From NCBI GenBank assembly GCA_018238545.1, contig JABCTC010000064.1, positions 1-15,843 on the forward strand: DNA of 15,843 nt. The letters run 5' to 3'. Positions 1-8,179 of the stretch are shown here, one piece after another. The position numbers and the translations under genes are program-made. A model generated the notes under the pieces. That model worked only from the letters and a program-made list of their open reading frames with translations, did not search any database and was not told the DNA's origin. The stretch comes from Candidatus Heimdallarchaeota archaeon. GTDB lineage: Archaea > Asgardarchaeota > Heimdallarchaeia > Heimdallarchaeales > Heimdallarchaeaceae. Within the stretch, counting starts at the first letter, position 1. Every line of letters begins with the position of its first letter.

Positions 1-945
1 AATATGTAGAAAGGGTATGGTGACAAACATCTGGGTGATTTTTTTCCAGAATTGCACCCCTTGCTTCCACTTCTTATTGTAACCGATGATGACCTCGTGT
101 AGCCCTCGTTCCACCCACAAGTCAACCAAATAACAGGTGAGCTTGTGAATAGCGTCTTTCAATTTCAGTCTCCACTTTTCTCGGAGTTTGTAGTAAGTAT
201 GGCCATAGGTCAATCGGTTCCTTCCTTGTAGGTTCAGTCTTTGCTGTTGAGCGTATTGTATCTGTAATTGTTTCTGTTTTTTCAAATAATATTGTGTTAT
301 GGATTTTATTCCTTTCCCTGCATCTTTGATAACAATCGGTTGTCCTCCGAGGTTATCCACAAAGGTAGCAAGGTTGATCATCCCTAAATCGACACCACCT
401 TTTCGTATCAACTTTTTGCGGAGTTTAGGCAAGGTTTTCTGATAAACTAATTCTAGGGTATACCCTGGTCTTCTTGGGACGATTCTTACCTCTCGCAAAT
501 CCGTGTGAGAGGTTAATCGTGTCTTGTATGTGTATCCCACCTTCTTTGGCAGAACCAGCCATCCGTTTACTATTCTTGCTTGTTGGTTAGTGAAGATAGC
601 TACCACTTCCCCATCCTTTTTTTTGTAATTAGGCGGGCGGGGCATAGCGAAGAAATCTCCAGGGTTGACTTTCCACTCTTTCATTGCTCGGAAATATCCT
701 TTCCAGTTTCGAGTGAGGAGTTTAATTGTATGTTGTGCAGTGTGAGCAGGGAGAACACTGTAGCATTCTTCATGGTTGAGTAGCTTGTTGAGATCAATGT
801 AAAAGAGGAGTTTGTTCTGTTTGTTCAATGAGGTTTTTATCAGAAAATTCGTTCGATTATAGAGATTTTTTACTTGATGACAAAGCTTGCTTAAGGCAGG
901 ATGATAGTTAACTTCTATACACTCCACTCTAGGAACCTTAGTCAT
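1..945 (-). CDS. tnpB: TnpB, IS200/IS605 (IS1341-type) RNA-guided nuclease; 3' end runs off the window
   Basis: Manual translation from ATG 945 is open to position 1 (315 codons): MTKVPRVECIEVNYHPALSKLCHQVKNLYN...NWKGYFRAMKEW...PRPPNYKKKDG...LREVRIVP...YTLELVY...KGGVDLGMINLAT (RuvC-I D186)...DAIHKLT...VIIGYNKKWKQ...QMFVTIPF. Not in the ORF track because there is no stop codon in the window. Confidence 0.93.
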   Translation of the reverse strand, partial: MTKVPRVECIEVNYHPALSKLCHQVKNLYNRTNFLIKTSLNKQNKLLFYIDLNKLLNHEECYSVLPAHTAQHTIKLLTRNWKGYFRAMKEWKVNPGDFFAMPRPPNYKKKDGEVVAIFTNQQARIVNGWLVLPKKVGYTYKTRLTSHTDLREVRIVPRRPGYTLELVYQKTLPKLRKKLIRKGGVDLGMINLATFVDNLGGQPIVIKDAGKGIKSITQYYLKKQKQLQIQYAQQQRLNLQGRNRLTYGHTYYKLREKWRLKLKDAIHKLTCYLVDLWVERGLHEVIIGYNKKWKQGVQFWKKITQMFVTIPFLHI

Positions 946-965
946 CTCTTCTTTACTTAGAGATT

Positions 966-975
966 CTTATAAAAA
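966..975 (-). promoter_or_regulatory. TATA box for tnpB (probably leaderless)
   Basis: TTTTTATAAG on the minus strand, about 21 nt upstream of ATG 945. Confidence 0.45.
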
Positions 976-1069
976 CTCCCGTAATATTCACTTTAAATCA
1001 TCCATTTAAACTGATACAATTGTTAGTTAATATGACTACAAGACAAAGATGTATTATAAGAACACTCTA

Positions 1070-1621
1070 TTATTTTTTCTCTACATTATGAGCGATAATT
1101 GCTTTAATAAGCTTATCAAGAATGCTTAACAAACCTTTAGCTTCTTTTGTCGACATTTCATGGAAGGAGCTTTCTATTTTTTCTTTATTAGCTGAACGAT
1201 TTAATCTATAGATAAATTGTTGTGCATCAATAGGATTCAATACTCTTTCACTAGAATATCTTATATCGGTCTTATTACCTAGTAAAGCAATAGGTACCTT
1301 ACCAAAACCGTTGTAATTCATGAGTTCTTCTATCCAAAATAGAGCATGTCTAAAAGTATCTGGGCGACTAATATCAAATAGAATCAGTGCTCCTACAGTT
1401 TTTTGATATAATTTGGTTTTATTAGCAGTGGTAAATTCTTTAGCAGGGATATCACAAAGATGAACAGTAATTTCTTCCCCATCTATTCTTCTATTTAGTT
1501 CTAGTAATTTAAGCTTCAAAGCAGGTTTTTCCTCTGCTTCTGGAGCACGTTCTTTATAGTAATTGTAAAGAGAAGTTTTTCCAACACCATAATCTCCAAG
1601 TATAAGAATCTTATAAGCCAT
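1070..1621 (-). CDS. Rab/Ras-like small GTPase, degenerate switch motifs
   Basis: G1 GDYGVGKTS, G4 NKTD, G5 MSTK. No switch-I Thr, and G3 reads DIPAK instead of DxxGQ. Confidence 0.88.
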   Translation of the reverse strand: MAYKILILGDYGVGKTSLYNYYKERAPEAEEKPALKLKLLELNRRIDGEEITVHLCDIPAKEFTTANKTKLYQKTVGALILFDISRPDTFRHALFWIEELMNYNGFGKVPIALLGNKTDIRYSSERVLNPIDAQQFIYRLNRSANKEKIESSFHEMSTKEAKGLLSILDKLIKAIIAHNVEKK

Positions 1622-1685
1622 AAGCTGTTACCCTACTAATCTACAAAATATTTTTCCTTTCAAAAACGTTCTTATGCTTACAATA

Positions 1686-2237
1686 TTAAAATCTTGCCCG
1701 AATAGCATCACCGAGCAGCTTGAAAGCTGATTCAATATTAAGCCCAGTTTTTGCACTAGTTTCTAGAACATGATTAGTGAACCCATAACTAGCTGTTCCC
1801 TCATTTAGGATCTTAACAAATTTCTTAGCTTTCTTCATGTCTACACTTTTGCGATTTCGTAAGTCAGATTTGTTAGCTAATAAAACAACAGGTATAGCGT
1901 CATTTCCTGAAAAACGGTAAAGCTCCTTAACCCAAGAAAGGCAATTACGTAATGTCTGCTTATCAGTCACATCAAAAACGACTAAAGCACCCATGCTACC
2001 TTTATAGAAACGAGCTCTTATTTCCTCGAATATTTTCTGTCCTGCAATGTCCCAAATCTGGTAGGTCCAAGTTTCACCTTTCCTGAATTCCTTGTCAATC
2101 ACACTGAAATCTGCACCCAAGGTCATTAAATGTGACTCTTTAAAACCATGACCCATATAACGATGACGAATAGAAGTTTTACCCACAGCACCGTCACCAA
2201 TTAGAGTGATTTTGAAAATGAATTCAGAGTTGGTCAC
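1686..2237 (-). CDS. Rab-like small GTPase (Asgard type)
   Basis: G1 GDGAVGKTS, G2 TLG, G3 WDIAGQ, G4 NKSD, G5 ETSAK; GTG start; no C-terminal Cys prenylation motif. Confidence 0.95.
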   Translation of the reverse strand: MTNSEFIFKITLIGDGAVGKTSIRHRYMGHGFKESHLMTLGADFSVIDKEFRKGETWTYQIWDIAGQKIFEEIRARFYKGSMGALVVFDVTDKQTLRNCLSWVKELYRFSGNDAIPVVLLANKSDLRNRKSVDMKKAKKFVKILNEGTASYGFTNHVLETSAKTGLNIESAFKLLGDAIRARF

Positions 2238-2361
2238 ACTTCACAAATTATACTTGTTTCTAAAAAACTTACTTATTACATTAGAGTTTCTTTGAGATCT
2301 TAACTAAAAACATCTTGTATATTTAAAAAAGATTTGAAGATGATTTTCTAAATTGAAAGAT

Positions 2362-2559
2362 CTAATTGCGTTTTTTCTTCTTCACTTTTGATATCATTAC
2401 CTTTCCATCATCAAATAGAATCCACCTGATTTTATCACCATTTTTAAGAGATAAAGTATCAACTATCTCCTTAGGAACTGTTGTTCTCCTCCTGCTTTCT
2501 CTTATGGTTAAAGTTGTCTCCGAAATGAATTCTACTTCATCAATGTTTATTTTAGTCAT
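2362..2559 (-). CDS. AbrB/MazE/SpoVT-type DNA-binding protein
   Basis: RRRTTVPKEIVDTLSLKNGDKIRW matches the swapped-hairpin pattern (xxIPKxIxxxLxLxxGD); SD-like GAGGAGATGA upstream. Confidence 0.85.
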   Translation of the reverse strand: MTKINIDEVEFISETTLTIRESRRRTTVPKEIVDTLSLKNGDKIRWILFDDGKVMISKVKKKKRN

Positions 2560-2602
2560 ATTTTTTCATCTCCTCATTTGTTAATAATCTTTTTGACATT
2601 AA

Positions 2603-2735
2603 ACCAACATAATTTGGTGTCAACCAATCTTACTTGAATCTCTAAAATATGCAGTACATATATTGTAGTAAAGGGTCAGTATACACATACCAAAGGGTAT
2701 TGGTTTTAAACAAAACGTATATGGTGTTACACCAA
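2603..2735. promoter_or_regulatory. Array of ACCAA/TTGGT inverted half-sites in a divergent promoter
   Basis: ACCAA-N6-TTGGT at 2603-2618 and 2689-2704; degenerate ACAAA-N6-ATGGT at 2710-2725; TTGGT-GTCA-ACCAA at 2614-2627; TGGTGT-T-ACACCA at 2722-2734. Confidence 0.55.
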
Positions 2736-2763
2736 AATCGACAAAAAGCTTGGAAATAGTTAC

Positions 2764-3660
2764 ATGGTTGACGCTACAATTTACCCCATTGGACTGTATA
2801 TTCTGTTTGGAGTGCTTGCACTTATTTGTGAATATGTTGATTCTGCCATGGGAGGAGGATATGGAACAATTCTAGTTCCGATTTTACTTGCTTTTGAGAT
2901 AGAGGGGGCATTATTGATACCGGCAGTATTATTAACTGAGATATGGACAGGACTTGGTTCTGCAATTCTTCATCATCGTGTAGGAAATGCAGATTTTCAT
3001 GTCAAATCAAAAAGAAAGAAATCATTAGAAGCAGGGGAAGATAAAGAAGGCTTCAAAAAAAACACCTGCACAAAAGAAAGCACAGTTAAGAGTATAGTAA
3101 CTTCCAACTTCAGTATTTCAGAAGATCTTAAGATAGTTTTAATTCTCTCTTTTCTGGGAATTTTAGGTGGGGTGAGTGCTGCATTTCTTGCCATTAGTAT
3201 TAATGCACTTTTTGTTAAAATATATATTGGTGTTCTGGTAATAATAATAGGTGTGTTAGTAACACTAAAGATGAAATGGAAATTTGCTTGGTGGAAGATT
3301 TCTGCAATTGGTCTGCTAGCGGCTTTTAACAAAGGTTTAAGCGGAGGAGGATACGGACCTCTTATAAGTTCAGGACAAATGATCGTAGATAGAAATCCTA
3401 GACAAGCAGTAGCTTCTACTTCTCTTTCAGAAGCAACTGTTTGTATAGCATCACTTGTAATTTATTTCGTTGCAAATGGAACCAGACTTACTCCTGCATT
3501 CGGATATCTTGTTCTTGCTCTACTAGTTGGTTCTTTAGCATCTATTATTCCAGCAGTTATGACAGTAAAATATCTTAATATTCGAAAATTACAACCAATA
3601 ATTGGTATTGTTACAATTCTCTTAGGTATTTTTACTTTATTGAGGATTTTTGTCTTTTAG
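2764..3660 (+). CDS. TauE/SafE (TSUP) family sulfite/sulfur-compound exporter
   Basis: EYVDSAMGGGYGTILVP and the internal repeat NKGLSGGGYGP; AVASTSLSE; about 8-9 hydrophobic segments. Confidence 0.85.
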   Translation: MVDATIYPIGLYILFGVLALICEYVDSAMGGGYGTILVPILLAFEIEGALLIPAVLLTEIWTGLGSAILHHRVGNADFHVKSKRKKSLEAGEDKEGFKKNTCTKESTVKSIVTSNFSISEDLKIVLILSFLGILGGVSAAFLAISINALFVKIYIGVLVIIIGVLVTLKMKWKFAWWKISAIGLLAAFNKGLSGGGYGPLISSGQMIVDRNPRQAVASTSLSEATVCIASLVIYFVANGTRLTPAFGYLVLALLVGSLASIIPAVMTVKYLNIRKLQPIIGIVTILLGIFTLLRIFVF

Positions 3661-3734
3661 ATATTTTATATAATCCTTCAATTCTATTAACTTTAAAAAT
3701 ACTCAAGAAAAATATCATCCTCGTTACGATAAAC

Positions 3735-3742
3735 TTTTTAAC
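3735..3742 (+). promoter_or_regulatory. TATA box for MFS gene (probably leaderless)
   Basis: TTTTTAAC preceded by purine-rich GATAAA, about 23 nt before ATG 3765. Confidence 0.45.
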
Positions 3743-3764
3743 TAATTAAAATTTTGAACAATTA

Positions 3765-5054
3765 ATGCCAGAAATTAAAAGTTCCAATCCCATATTGGCT
3801 CTTGTTGTATTGATTTTTGGTCATTTTCTAAATCATTTTTATGCTTATGTTCTAGCAGCTGCAATGTTGGTTATTAGATTACCAGAAGAAATGGATCTCA
3901 CTTCAGGACAGGTAGGCATGCTTAGTATGTTGCAAATGTTAGTTTTTGCTGTGTTTTCTTTAGCTGTCGGAATAGTAGGTGATAGATGGTTAAAAAGCAA
4001 GAAGGTTTTCATTCCAATCGGGATAGTTCTTATGGCAGTTCATTTATTTATTGCAGCTTATGCTCCAGAAGGGCAATTGGGTGTAACAGTGCTGATAGTT
4101 GCAGCTATAACTGTGGGGATAGGAGCATCGTTTTATCATCCTGTTGCTTATGCAGCTATTGCTGATCTTTATGAAGACAAGAAAGGATTGACTATGGCTT
4201 TAAATGCTGGACTTGGGATGATTGGAACGTCTATCACTCCTGGTTTAGTTGTAACCTTCGACAGATTAGTTGGATGGAGGACTTTCTTCATTATTTTTGG
4301 CATCGTTGGACTTGTATTAGGCGTTGCAATATATTTTGCCATGAACAAATTGATAGATTATAAGTTTACCAAGGAAGAAATTAGAAATCATGAAGAGAGT
4401 AAAGCTTTGAATAACAGTGGTAAAGTTAAAAAATGGTTTAGAACTGACTTAGCTGTTATCATATCTTTTGCTGTAATAACTTGTTTATTCTATTCAGCTT
4501 TTAGATCAGGAATATTCAAAATCACTACTCAATGGTTATCAATAATTTTCGTCGACCTCTATAACATTCCAACTTTTGAAGCGGGTTGGATAACGGTTAT
4601 TCTGCTTGTAATCGGAGGACTAACGGCAATATTAGGTGGAATTTTTAGTGATAAATTCAAAACAAGTATAACAATGATAATTTCAATGGTAGGATCGTCA
4701 GTAATACTTCTAATCATCTTCTTATTGGGATCAACAATATCTAGTTTCTGGATAATAACACTCTATTTCATTTTCATAGGTTTCTTATATTTCTCAGCTA
4801 CAGCAGGAACCAAGTATGTAGCAGAAAACGTTCCTCAAAGTTCGAGAACTACAGGTATAAGTTTACTCTTTGCTTTCCCAAGTCTTGTAGCAGCTCTGTT
4901 CCCATGGATCTTTGGATTAATATTGGATAATGCTGCAATTATTTGGGGAATAGGGTTTTTATTTTTGCTCGCAATAGCAGCTTTGATAACATCAATTATC
5001 TTGCTTACTAGGGACTTAAGAAAGAGCAAATTTACGAAAGAAAGTGCAAACTAG
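3765..5054 (+). CDS. MFS transporter (Fsr-like)
   Basis: About 12 TM segments; motif A variants GIVGDRW and GIFSDKF; GHFLNHFY and GASFYHP resemble the Fsr subfamily. Confidence 0.9.
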   Translation: MPEIKSSNPILALVVLIFGHFLNHFYAYVLAAAMLVIRLPEEMDLTSGQVGMLSMLQMLVFAVFSLAVGIVGDRWLKSKKVFIPIGIVLMAVHLFIAAYAPEGQLGVTVLIVAAITVGIGASFYHPVAYAAIADLYEDKKGLTMALNAGLGMIGTSITPGLVVTFDRLVGWRTFFIIFGIVGLVLGVAIYFAMNKLIDYKFTKEEIRNHEESKALNNSGKVKKWFRTDLAVIISFAVITCLFYSAFRSGIFKITTQWLSIIFVDLYNIPTFEAGWITVILLVIGGLTAILGGIFSDKFKTSITMIISMVGSSVILLIIFLLGSTISSFWIITLYFIFIGFLYFSATAGTKYVAENVPQSSRTTGISLLFAFPSLVAALFPWIFGLILDNAAIIWGIGFLFLLAIAALITSIILLTRDLRKSKFTKESAN

Positions 5055-5065
5055 TGGACATTTAC

Positions 5066-5090
5066 AAATAGAATTTTCTATTTTTATTTC
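5066..5090 (+). terminator. Possible terminator after the MFS gene
   Basis: Inverted repeat AAATAGAA-TT-TTCTATTT (5066-5083) followed by a T-rich tract, 12 nt after the stop. Confidence 0.3.
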
Positions 5091-5177
5091 ATCCTCATAA
5101 CAATAAGTAGAGGGAGTAAGTTTTAAATATAAATGGTTTAATTGAAGCCCACTAAAAAATAAAAAAGTGTATATAAT

Positions 5178-7430
5178 ATGGTACCACTTATTATACTAAT
5201 AGCTATAATAGCCGGTGTTATTTCTATCGGAGCTGCGATATATTTCACATTTATGGTGATGAAGAAAGATCGCGGAAACGAAAAGATGATTGAAGTATCC
5301 GGTTATATTGAAACAGGAGCTAAACACTTCCTCTGGGTCCAATATTTGGTCTTAGCGGTATTTGTTGGTTTTCTGTTTTTCGTAATATTACTATTCCTAC
5401 CATCAGAGATGACTGGTGGCATAATTCCAGTAATAGCTGGAGATCTAAATTGGGAACAAGCGTTAGCTTATCTGATAGGATCTGTAGCATCAATGTTTGC
5501 TGGATGGCTAGGTTTGATTGTAGGAGTTAAGACAAACACAAGAGCTGCACAAGGTGTAACAAAAAGTGTCAAAGAAGGGTTTGATATAGCTTTCTTTGGA
5601 GGTTCAGTAATGGGTCTAGCAGTTGTTGGTGTAGCCTTATTAGGTGTTGGAGGAATTTACTGGATATTCGAACCACTAGTAGGTCTAGCATTCGCTACAA
5701 AAGTAGTTTTAGGTTTCAGTTTCGGTGCATCCACGATCGCTTTGTTCATGAAATGCGGCGGGGGAATTTTTACGAAGACAGCTGATGTTGGAGCAGATCT
5801 TGTTGGTAAAGCAGAATACAATCTTCCAGAGGACGATGTCCGAAATCCAGCAACAATAGCTGACAACGTCGGTGACAATGTTGGAGATATAGCAGGTATG
5901 GGATCTGATTTACTAGATTCTTATGTGGCATCTATTGTTGCAGCAATGATTCTGGGTACAACGTTCGGTGCTTTAGGCTTTGAAATTTACTTCGTTATTC
6001 TACCTATATTAATTGCAGGTGTAGGTTTAGTTGCTTCACTAATTGGTATTTTCCTCGTTAAATGGTTAGGAAGAGAGAATCCTGGAAAGGCTCTAAACAT
6101 GGGAACATATTTTGCAACGTTCATGGTAGCGGTTTTTGCCGCAATATTAATATGGATTCTTACCGCTCAAATTCCATCTGCTAAAACTCAACTATGGCGA
6201 GATTACTTTGCAATATTAATCGGTCTTGCTAGTGGAATAATAATTGGTTGGACAAGTGATTACTTTACCAGAGAAGACAAACCTCCAACAAAGAATATTG
6301 CTCTTGCAGCAGAAGAAGGTCATGCAGTAACAATACTTTCTGGTTTCTCATATGGTTTAATCAGTGTTGTTCCTCCAGCTCTAGGTATAATTGTAGCTAT
6401 GGCAGTTGCGTTTATGCTTGATGGTGTTTTTGGTGTTGCTTTAGCAGCTGTTGGTATGCTTTCTATTGTTGGAACAATTGTTTCAAATGATGCCTTTGGA
6501 CCCATTGTTGATAATTCACGTGCAATAGCTGAACAAGGTGGTCTAGGAGAAGATGTCATCAGAAATGCTGATAAGTTAGATTCTGCAGGAAACACAGCTA
6601 AAGCTATCACTAAAGGCTTTGCAATTGGTTCTGCAAACTTAACAGTTATAGCTCTTTTATTCTCATTTGCTGAAGAAGCAGGAATTGTAGATATGAATCT
6701 GTTAGATATCAAAATTCTAATTGGGGCATTTATTGGTGTAGTTATTCCTGCATTGTTCTCAGCTTTGCTAATCCTATCAGTTCAGAAAAACGCAGCCAAG
6801 ATGGTTCTAGAAATAAGAAGACAATTTGAAGAAAATCCAGGCATTTTAGAAGGAACGGAACCTGCTGACTTCAATAAGACCATTGCTATAGCTACAAAAG
6901 GTGCTTTAGTGGAACTTATTCTACCTAGTATAATATCATTCACAGTACCTGTTATAGTGGGTCTTGTATTTGGTGTAGCTGCATTAGGGGCTTTCCTAGC
7001 AGGAGCAATTCTATCAGGATTCGTTTTCGCAATCATGATGTCTAATGCTGGTGGAGCTTGGGACAATGCTAAAAAGTGGATTGAAGAGGGTAATCTTGGT
7101 GGTAAAGGCACTGAAACTCACAAAGCTGCTATTACTGGTGACACCGTTGGTGATCCTTTCAAAGACACCTCAGGTCCAAGTATTAACACTCTACTTGTTG
7201 TTATGTCCTTGACTTCTTCAGTTTTTATGGGTCTTATGCTAGCAGTAGGTGCAGATGGTCTCATAGGTGGATTACTCGATCCAGAAGAATATATTAATAA
7301 TCCAGTTGCTATTTGGGTCATCCTTCTTGTTCTTCTATGTGTAGTACTTGCTGGCATCCTTATTTGGGCTATCATGAAAATTGTTAAACATCCTAAAGTA
7401 ATGGAAAAGATTGCTAAGAAGAAAGATTAA
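5178..7430 (+). CDS. hppA: Membrane-integral pyrophosphatase, predicted K+-independent H+-translocating
   Basis: DVGADLVGKAE, EDDVRNPATIADNVGDNVGD, GGAWDNAKK and GDTVGDPFKDTSGP motifs; GNTAKAITKG carries the Lys/Thr signature of K+ independence. Confidence 0.96.
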   Translation: MVPLIILIAIIAGVISIGAAIYFTFMVMKKDRGNEKMIEVSGYIETGAKHFLWVQYLVLAVFVGFLFFVILLFLPSEMTGGIIPVIAGDLNWEQALAYLIGSVASMFAGWLGLIVGVKTNTRAAQGVTKSVKEGFDIAFFGGSVMGLAVVGVALLGVGGIYWIFEPLVGLAFATKVVLGFSFGASTIALFMKCGGGIFTKTADVGADLVGKAEYNLPEDDVRNPATIADNVGDNVGDIAGMGSDLLDSYVASIVAAMILGTTFGALGFEIYFVILPILIAGVGLVASLIGIFLVKWLGRENPGKALNMGTYFATFMVAVFAAILIWILTAQIPSAKTQLWRDYFAILIGLASGIIIGWTSDYFTREDKPPTKNIALAAEEGHAVTILSGFSYGLISVVPPALGIIVAMAVAFMLDGVFGVALAAVGMLSIVGTIVSNDAFGPIVDNSRAIAEQGGLGEDVIRNADKLDSAGNTAKAITKGFAIGSANLTVIALLFSFAEEAGIVDMNLLDIKILIGAFIGVVIPALFSALLILSVQKNAAKMVLEIRRQFEENPGILEGTEPADFNKTIAIATKGALVELILPSIISFTVPVIVGLVFGVAALGAFLAGAILSGFVFAIMMSNAGGAWDNAKKWIEEGNLGGKGTETHKAAITGDTVGDPFKDTSGPSINTLLVVMSLTSSVFMGLMLAVGADGLIGGLLDPEEYINNPVAIWVILLVLLCVVLAGILIWAIMKIVKHPKVMEKIAKKKD

Positions 7431-8058
7431 TCTTTCTTACACTTTTTCTTTTCTTTTTTCCTTTAAACTTAATACTGAAGTATAGTGAAGTTACAAACAC
7501 TAATACTAGTATCAATGAAAATGTAAAAAATATGGTGTAAAATCTATCAGCTAATTTTTCTAAAACAAACAGTAACATATCTTTGCTTTTATAATACTCT
7601 ATAGTAAATTCAATGCAATATTGAGGGTTTCGAATAATGACATCTAACGAATCAGGTAACATTAGTGAAGATAAATCAGAATATTTTATTTGAAATTGAA
7701 AGCCTAATGTAACTCCTTGATTATAATTTACCGTGAAATTTCCTCCAAATCTTGGACAATCTGGGCATCGAATATAACCAGGTATATTTTCCATATTTAT
7801 TGGGGCTGTTTTGTTTTTGAAGACTGGATAAATTTGATATAAATATAAGGTTACTGTACTTATATTTGGGTTTTCAAAGAACTGTATTGCTAAAGTATAG
7901 TTTTCTCCAGAAACCAAATTCTCTGGGGAGAGATCAATTGAGTCTATTCCATAATCTTTCACAATATCTTCTTCCGCAAGACTCTCATGAGGTGAGATAC
8001 TAAGAAGTGTTAAAACTAAGAAAACAAGAAAGTATTGTTTTAGTTTTGCTAAACACAT
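7414..8058 (-). CDS. Membrane-anchored exoprotein with CPDC motif; paralog of 13370..13912
   Basis: N-terminal signal peptide, beta-rich domain, C-terminal TM with basic tail; aligns by eye with the 13370 ORF; overlaps the hppA 3' end convergently by 17 nt. Confidence 0.75.
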   Translation of the reverse strand: MCLAKLKQYFLVFLVLTLLSISPHESLAEEDIVKDYGIDSIDLSPENLVSGENYTLAIQFFENPNISTVTLYLYQIYPVFKNKTAPINMENIPGYIRCPDCPRFGGNFTVNYNQGVTLGFQFQIKYSDLSSLMLPDSLDVIIRNPQYCIEFTIEYYKSKDMLLFVLEKLADRFYTIFFTFSLILVLVFVTSLYFSIKFKGKKKRKSVRKINLSS

Positions 8059-8179
8059 AGCAAGCTTGAATCAAGCTGAAATTGTTTAAAAACATATCTC
8101 ATTGCTTTATAGAAATACAAAATTCTTTTAATCTTAATTCTTCAATTTTAATTTAGGAAAATTCCAAGTGGTGACATGT

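Larger units (their letters stand above)
1..1069 (-). mobile_element. Probably non-autonomous IS1341-like element (no tnpA upstream of tnpB); left end somewhere in 946-1069
   Basis: Only 124 bp separate tnpB from the GTPase stop, leaving no room for an upstream tnpA. The tnpB region looks more GC-rich than its neighbours. Weak hairpin TTTAAAT-CATCC-ATTTAAA at 992-1010. Exact end not resolved. Confidence 0.6.

Noticed and set aside
580-783. 67-aa plus-strand ORF
   Set aside because: Antisense shadow of tnpB
2362-2559. AbrB as antitoxin of a toxin-antitoxin pair
   Set aside because: No adjacent PIN, MazF or small GNAT toxin gene
2366-7375. ORFs 2366..2584, 2997..3332, 4835..5029, 5657..5878, 6320..6712, 6782..7111, 7118..7375
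   Set aside because: Antisense shadows of abrB, tauE, MFS and hppA; no motifs
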